NCBI GenBank assembly: GCA_027022365.1
Contig: JALVYU010000026.1
Coordinates: 64,001-128,000, forward strand
DNA length: 64,000 nt
Direction: 5' to 3'
Origin: Desulfurococcales archaeon
GTDB taxonomy: Archaea; Thermoproteota; Thermoprotei_A; Sulfolobales; Desulfurococcaceae
Shown: positions 58,471 to 64,000 of the stretch, piece after piece
Layout of the letters: every line of letters begins with the position of its first letter
How positions within the stretch are numbered: the first letter of the stretch is position 1
Notes under the pieces: model-generated
Database searches by the model: none
What the model was told of the DNA's origin: nothing
What the model saw: only the letters and a program-made list of their open reading frames with translations
Position numbers and translations under genes: made by a program

Positions 58471-59733
58471 TTATGGTATTTTTTCCCCATATTTCTCGAG
58501 TAGATCGTCAGGGATGCCCCTGTTCTTGATTATCTCCTTGTATGCGTAGAAGCTTTTCCTGGGCTTACGTTTGAATGTGGTATAATCGACTTCCACTAGG
58601 CCGAATCTTTTATCGTAACCTTTATCCCATTCGAAGTTGTCGAGAATACTCCAGTAGAAGTAGCCATTAACATCGACGCCCTCGCTCAATGCTTTATGTG
58701 TGTATTGTAGATGCCTTACAATCGATAATATTCTATCCTCATCGTTTTCCATAGCCACCCCGTTCTCCGTTATTATAATCTGTAAACCATACCTGTTCCA
58801 CGTCTTCTTAAGGACTTCGTATAGCCCTCTGGGATAGATACAGTAGCCCATGAGTGTGCATTTGTCTGTCTGTATAGGCTCTACGTCGAGATGAAGTTTC
58901 AGTGGGTTCAGAGTATATTTCACCTTCATACCAGTGTAGTAGTTTAGCCCTATGAAGTCAAGTTTTGACTCCGGTATATCGTATTCCTTCCTTATTATCT
59001 TGAGTTTGCCGGAGAGTATCCCGTCGATGAAGCTCCAGTTAAACATTTGTTCAGCCTTCAGACAAGCTTGTACATCTTTTTCTTTATCACTATATGGCTC
59101 AAAGTAAATCATGTTCTTGGCTATGCTTACCTTGCCTATATCGTGTAGTATTTCATAGGCTCTCGCGTATGCGTAAGCCATATTAGCGGCTACTTGTTCT
59201 GCTATGAAGAGGTTTTTCTTCATAGGAGGCCAGTGCCCCTCGATATAGCTCTCCACCATATACACTATCGGCTCGTTAAAGACAAGCCAGTAATTAACGT
59301 CTGAGAATTCGTTGGCAATGGTCTCTACGTAGTTAATGAAGTAATCTATGTTCTCCCGTTTCTCCCAACCACCTAGTTTGTAGAACCAGATAGGATTAGT
59401 AAAGTGGTGGAGCGTTAACATAGGCTCTATTCCATGGTCTCTCAGTAGATCAACTATTTCCCTGTATCGGGATAAAGCCTCATAGTTAACGTAGTCTTTC
59501 TCTGGATAGATCCGGCTCCACTCTATCGAGAACCTATACATATCCACTCCAAGATCCGCCAGTAGCTCTATGTCTTCCTGGTATCTATTCCAATGATCGG
59601 TTGCTTTGCCGGATTTATATGGTAGTTTGCCCATTTCTTCGAAGAGCCACCAGTCAGAATATTTGTTGTCTCCTTCTATCTGATATGCTGAAGCGGAGAC
59701 TCCAAATATGAAGCTCTCTGGAAATTTTAGCAA
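58471..59733 (-). CDS. glycoside hydrolase family 1 beta-glycosidase
   Basis: YQIEG, RFSIEWSRI, NEP, TENG and DNFEW motifs. Confidence 0.95.
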   Translation of the reverse strand: MLKFPESFIFGVSASAYQIEGDNKYSDWWLFEEMGKLPYKSGKATDHWNRYQEDIELLADLGVDMYRFSIEWSRIYPEKDYVNYEALSRYREIVDLLRDHGIEPMLTLHHFTNPIWFYKLGGWEKRENIDYFINYVETIANEFSDVNYWLVFNEPIVYMVESYIEGHWPPMKKNLFIAEQVAANMAYAYARAYEILHDIGKVSIAKNMIYFEPYSDKEKDVQACLKAEQMFNWSFIDGILSGKLKIIRKEYDIPESKLDFIGLNYYTGMKVKYTLNPLKLHLDVEPIQTDKCTLMGYCIYPRGLYEVLKKTWNRYGLQIIITENGVAMENDEDRILSIVRHLQYTHKALSEGVDVNGYFYWSILDNFEWDKGYDKRFGLVEVDYTTFKRKPRKSFYAYKEIIKNRGIPDDLLEKYGEKIP

Positions 59734-59820
59734 GAACTAGCACCTGTAATAACTATGTCTTAATGAAATAAATGGTTTTAGAACAACGTGCCAATAATAC
59801 TAGGGCTGTGTAATCGTTGT

Positions 59821-60120
59821 TTAGTAGAGAAATAATTCTTCCCGTAATCCCCTAATATCTCGACGGCCTGTCTCGATGACTTTGACCCCGTTTTCCTCTA
59901 TCTTGAACCGCGTCTCATCGTCTACGTCTGATATAAATATTAGCGAGGGATCATATTCGTCGAAAAGCTCCTCGAGAAAATCTATTCCCTTGTCAGAATA
60001 TCTGTTATCTATGGTAGTAGATTCACCATTGTCTATGTTCAGCACGAGTATCTCTCTCGAATCCTTGAGGCCACCGACATTATCTCCTTTCTTAAGTATC
60101 AATACTATGTATCCCTTCAA
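59821..60120 (-). CDS. small hypothetical protein (NifB/NifX-like fold possible)
   Basis: 99-aa ORF with GGTGA RBS; weak motif resemblance only. Confidence 0.5.
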   Translation of the reverse strand: MKGYIVLILKKGDNVGGLKDSREILVLNIDNGESTTIDNRYSDKGIDFLEELFDEYDPSLIFISDVDDETRFKIEENGVKVIETGRRDIRGLREELFLY

Positions 60121-60196
60121 CTACGTATCACCTGTAGCTTGGTACTTCAATTAGTATTTTAAACGGTTAATATATTATCTTGAATGATGACCAAGA

Positions 60197-61099
60197 ATGT
60201 ACAGGATAGATATCAAAAGATGTAGAGAAATAGGTGTATTTCTTAAGTCTCTTCCCGAGATCCTTGAAATAATTGATTTGATCGAGGAACATGATAGGCA
60301 GTATATAGCTCTAAGAGAACTATCAAGGAAGATCCCAGCAAATATCGCTACCAATATGGTTATAGCTAATGCGCTCATAAGTTATTTCTTGACCGGTAAA
60401 GGCGAAGACTATTGGAGCGAATTCGCCAATTTCTTACTGGCCAAGAGATCATTGTTGTCGGAGAAGCTTAAATGCAGTGATCTATTAGCTCTTCATAGGG
60501 AATTCCTAGGTTTCTCTAGGTTCAATAAATTATCGTTACGCAACAAGTATGCTAGGTTAGAGAAGTACTATCGCTCAAACATATGTGTTAAGATAATGGT
60601 CGATCCGTTCCGGTATACCAATGATATAGCTAGGCTGGCCAGAGATTTAGCCAAGATTACTGGTTCAAGAGAAACCAGCAAGACAATAGTTTTTGCATCC
60701 AAGATGTACTGGTATATCTGTAGGGCTCTCGGAAGAAAGGTTTCCGGAGATATAGGCATGCCCATTGATAGGAGGAACGCATTCATATCCCTTAGCTCGG
60801 GACTCGTAAAAGGATGTAATTCCAGCATAGAAGAATGTGTCTCGGAACTAATATCTGTAAAATACTCAAAGCTACTTGTCAGAGCATGGGAGACTGTCAA
60901 ACATCATTCAGGAATACCCCTTTATAGGCTCGATGCACTGACCTGGAATATAGCCCCTCATATCAGGTATGCTGAGAGCCCTACATCAGCAGTAGGCAGT
61001 TTCTGCCGATGCTTTCCTAGAATCTGTGGCAAGTATCCTGAGCAGATCAAAGCACTAATATGGGAGCTCGGCAGGCAAATACTTGGGGCCAGAACATAA
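60197..61099 (+). CDS. archaeal 8-oxoguanine N-glycosylase/DNA lyase (AGOG)
   Basis: D.QY, NALISY.L.GKGE.YW, KTIVFASKM, PID.R and LDAL.W motifs. Confidence 0.85.
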   Translation: MYRIDIKRCREIGVFLKSLPEILEIIDLIEEHDRQYIALRELSRKIPANIATNMVIANALISYFLTGKGEDYWSEFANFLLAKRSLLSEKLKCSDLLALHREFLGFSRFNKLSLRNKYARLEKYYRSNICVKIMVDPFRYTNDIARLARDLAKITGSRETSKTIVFASKMYWYICRALGRKVSGDIGMPIDRRNAFISLSSGLVKGCNSSIEECVSELISVKYSKLLVRAWETVKHHSGIPLYRLDALTWNIAPHIRYAESPTSAVGSFCRCFPRICGKYPEQIKALIWELGRQILGART

Positions 61100-61129
61100 T
61101 AGTATGATGATACTATACGGTGTCCATGC

Positions 61130-61831
61130 ATGGATGCGATTGATCTGTCCTCAGCAACAATGGTTGATGAAAAACATGAATATATAGTAGTGCTGCCTCT
61201 CGGAAGCACAGAGTATCATTTTAACAAGTTACCGTTTGGCGTCGATACTTTTATCGCTGATAAGTTAGCCAAACTACTGATACACAGTATTGACGGAGAA
61301 CAGGATAAATACAAGGTGCTCCTTTTACCAGTACTTCCTTACGGTTCGTCGATAGAGTGGCTGGAATGGCCTGGAACAATATCAATAAAGCCCCAAACAT
61401 ATTACGAGCTTATATCAGATATTATCGAATCGCTGGAACAAAGACTCCGGATAAAAGGATATATCATTGTCAATGGGCACGGCGGAAACTATAGCATAGT
61501 CGAGAGATATGCACAGCGGTTTTGGAATAAGTATCATAAGCCCTTCATAGTCATCGACATATGGAGAGCAGCCGGCGATCTCGGCCTAAAATATTGTCAT
61601 GCTTGCTGTACCGAGATAAAACTCTACAACGCATTAAACGATATAGCATCTGATGATAAATGCGTCGACAATCCGATAGAACACGGGGGTCTAAGGGGAA
61701 GGTATTCGCCATTATCCGCTGGAGCTGAGGGGTATGTTGAGCCGCATGATCTAGTTGAATATCTAAAACAATTGTTCGCGAAAGCAATTGAAATCATAAC
61801 TGATTCTACGTATTCTTTAGATAATCATTAA
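61130..61831 (+). CDS. creatininase family amidohydrolase
   Basis: LPLGSTEYH, LP.GVD, PGTIS, NGHGGN and HA...E motifs. Confidence 0.85.
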   Translation: MDAIDLSSATMVDEKHEYIVVLPLGSTEYHFNKLPFGVDTFIADKLAKLLIHSIDGEQDKYKVLLLPVLPYGSSIEWLEWPGTISIKPQTYYELISDIIESLEQRLRIKGYIIVNGHGGNYSIVERYAQRFWNKYHKPFIVIDIWRAAGDLGLKYCHACCTEIKLYNALNDIASDDKCVDNPIEHGGLRGRYSPLSAGAEGYVEPHDLVEYLKQLFAKAIEIITDSTYSLDNH

Positions 61832-61888
61832 TATTCTTCAAATAGAATTTTTCAATGTAATACAGTTGTTACGAGGTAATATCAGGCC

Positions 61889-63841
61889 TTGGACTCTCAC
61901 CTTGTCGAAAAAGGAATAGTGGTGGAGACAACCGTATCGATAGACCCGTTTAGACTGATGAGTAGGCGTGGCTACAAGTGGTTCGGCATAATACCTGTTA
62001 GAATAAAGAATGAGACAGTAAATCTGTGGACAACCGGTGTTATAGCTCAATGGTTCAGTAGAGGCGAGAAGGTAAAGATAATCATAAAGGATGAGCCTAA
62101 AAAGATAGGGAGCACATGGATCCTTGGTCCGCAGGATTACGTTCTCTATAGAATATATAACGGTGAAGAAGTACCTATCTGGCCTCCTTGGAGCAAGGAT
62201 TACGTTCTCGAGAGAAAAGACCCTCTCAACACCAAGAAAGTCTACGAGTACCGGATAACTGCAAGGGAAGCCGTATCCGAAGAAGATTATATGGATATCG
62301 TGAACCTCGAGCAACACCACTATGCAAGCAAAGAAGAGATCGTAGCCATATGGAGGTGCCCCAGATGCGGCGAGTACATGGAGGCAAACATACAACCCAG
62401 ATGTCCGCGGTGCAGAATACCGATGAAGCTTCAAGAAATACGTGGAAGTATACCTAGTAGCAGGTTCTTGGTCCTCGAGCTAAGATCAAGAAAGCCTTAT
62501 GAGCCAAGAATAGTTGGTTACGTAAGAGTAGATACACCAATACCATTGATGAACAGGAGGCTTCCCGACGGCAGAATACAGAAGATGATTCGTGAAAAAG
62601 TATTTCCCAAAGACTGGTTCCACCCGACCTTCTGGCCCACAGCACTCAACGAGAGAATGAACATTATTTCACGATACAAGGACCTTAGAGAGCTGTACGG
62701 GAGCCGTAGGTTAGCGAGAGCCATAGTCGGCGAAGAAGTAAGCGAGAGAGCACTCAAGATCGCGAACTCTGCCGCTGCGAGAATAGCGAGAGTAGTTGTT
62801 CATCCAGACTATAGAGGCGACGGACTCGGCATACTTGCAGTGAAAGCAGCGATTGAGTGGATTAGGGCTAGAAGAATCCCGGAGATGAAGAAGAGGAAAC
62901 ACATTGTAGAGACAATAGCGATGATGGCAAAGTACAACCCGTTTTTCGAGAAGGCAGGATTCTACTACATGTGGGACACTGGGAGCGGTAGACCAGTACT
63001 AATGTATCCCCTGACCGAGGAGGCAAGAAAATACATAGAGAGATTCCTTGAGACAGACCCATATGCCAGAAAGCACGGGGGAAAACTATACAGGCCAAGA
63101 TATAGTGGTGTAGATGTTTTAGCGGATAACATAGTATTGAGGGGGCTGGCCAAGATATATCGCAGCGTCCTGGATGTCTCGCGCTTGCCACCTAGCCTTA
63201 GAGAAGTCCTACTCGCATTCGGTGTTGAGAGGAGAATAGTTGAGAAATATGTCCTAAGAAATGTGGACATCGAGATCAAGCCACGAGAAGTAGTTGTAGT
63301 CGTAGGTGCCAGCGGGGCGGGCAAGACAACCTTGCTAAGAATGATCATAGGAGCCGCTAAACCCGAGCTTCGCACAAATGAGAATTATCGTCCAAGCCAA
63401 GGAGAAGTCAGAGTTCCGCCCAACACCAAGCTAGCATACCTCCTCCCCGGCGAGGCGGAACCCTCATTTGGTTCAGAGACATTGCTCGAACACATAACGA
63501 TGAAGGTAGGAGATCCTGCAGAAGCCGTTGAAATACTGAATATGGTCGGCCTAAGCGACGCAGTATTCTACCGTGCCAAGTTCGTTGAGCTATCAACTGG
63601 TCAGAAAGAAAGAGCTAAACTAGCGAGCCTGCTGGCTGAAAAACCTAATCTTCTCATAATCGACGAGTTCGCTGCTCATCTAGACTCTCTAACGGCTCAG
63701 AGGGTTGCTAGAAAGCTCGGTAAACTAGCTAGGCAGGCCGGGATAACCCTTATCGTTGCGACTAACAGGCCCGACATTATTGAAGCACTGAATCCAGATA
63801 AGATCATATATGTAGGGTATGGGAGGGCACAACTAGGCTGA
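61889..63841 (+). CDS. GNAT acetyltransferase-ABC ATPase fusion
   Basis: RVVVHPDYRGDGLG, GASGAGKT, LSTGQ and IDEF motifs, plus a Zn ribbon. Confidence 0.88.
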   Translation: MDSHLVEKGIVVETTVSIDPFRLMSRRGYKWFGIIPVRIKNETVNLWTTGVIAQWFSRGEKVKIIIKDEPKKIGSTWILGPQDYVLYRIYNGEEVPIWPPWSKDYVLERKDPLNTKKVYEYRITAREAVSEEDYMDIVNLEQHHYASKEEIVAIWRCPRCGEYMEANIQPRCPRCRIPMKLQEIRGSIPSSRFLVLELRSRKPYEPRIVGYVRVDTPIPLMNRRLPDGRIQKMIREKVFPKDWFHPTFWPTALNERMNIISRYKDLRELYGSRRLARAIVGEEVSERALKIANSAAARIARVVVHPDYRGDGLGILAVKAAIEWIRARRIPEMKKRKHIVETIAMMAKYNPFFEKAGFYYMWDTGSGRPVLMYPLTEEARKYIERFLETDPYARKHGGKLYRPRYSGVDVLADNIVLRGLAKIYRSVLDVSRLPPSLREVLLAFGVERRIVEKYVLRNVDIEIKPREVVVVVGASGAGKTTLLRMIIGAAKPELRTNENYRPSQGEVRVPPNTKLAYLLPGEAEPSFGSETLLEHITMKVGDPAEAVEILNMVGLSDAVFYRAKFVELSTGQKERAKLASLLAEKPNLLIIDEFAAHLDSLTAQRVARKLGKLARQAGITLIVATNRPDIIEALNPDKIIYVGYGRAQLG

Positions 63842-63892
63842 TAAGCAATCTATGTAACCCTGTTTTACACCCTACTATACCGGGGAGTATCC

Positions 63893-64000
63893 TTGGAGAA
63901 AATATTAGTGTTAGCCTCATCCAGTCCTCGAAGGGCTGAACTACTTAGAAAATATGTTTCGAGGCTAGTCATATTAAAGCCGAAGATAGTTGAGAAAATA
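63893..64000 (+). CDS. Maf-family nucleotide pyrophosphatase (partial, runs off the window)
   Basis: TTG start, LVLASSSPRR motif. Confidence 0.75.
   Translation, partial: MEKILVLASSSPRRAELLRKYVSRLVILKPKIVEKI

Noticed and set aside
61104-61170. ATGATGA as the start of a C/D sRNA
   Set aside because: No properly spaced D'/C'/D boxes or terminal stem; overlaps a CDS.

Overview
Archaeal chromosome segment. GGTGA-type ribosome-binding sites, intron-containing tRNAs and the gene content point to a hyperthermophilic Thermoproteota/Desulfurococcales-like host (inference). Both flanks are housekeeping. Left (1-13.4 kb): riboflavin operon, trpS, HPS, GGPP synthase, gdhA, mpgS/mpgP and rubrerythrin. 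Right (47.1-64 kb): five tRNAs, translin, a CBS protein, pyrG, a decayed pyrF, DNA glycosylases, GH1 and others. Between them is a ~34 kb integrated, partly decayed conjugative-type element (~13.4-47.1 kb) that ends next to tRNA-Tyr. It carries a tyrosine integrase, a serine resolvase, a candidate replication initiator with internal iteron-like repeats, VirD4/VirB6/VirB2-like genes, two type IV pilins and HEPN-MNT. Two cargo modules stand out. (1) An AT-rich RiPP-like cluster: an unannotated 46-aa Cys-containing precursor (24054-24194), three radical SAM/SPASM enzymes, a BpsA-like aminopropyl/methyl-transferase and an MFS exporter. (2) The element's own divergent TFB+TBP gene pair. Also found: a C/D-box sRNA whose two guides both match the tRNA-Gly gene in this window, a second C/D candidate, and a structured ~100-nt RNA candidate. 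All calls come from reading motifs by eye; no database searches were run.
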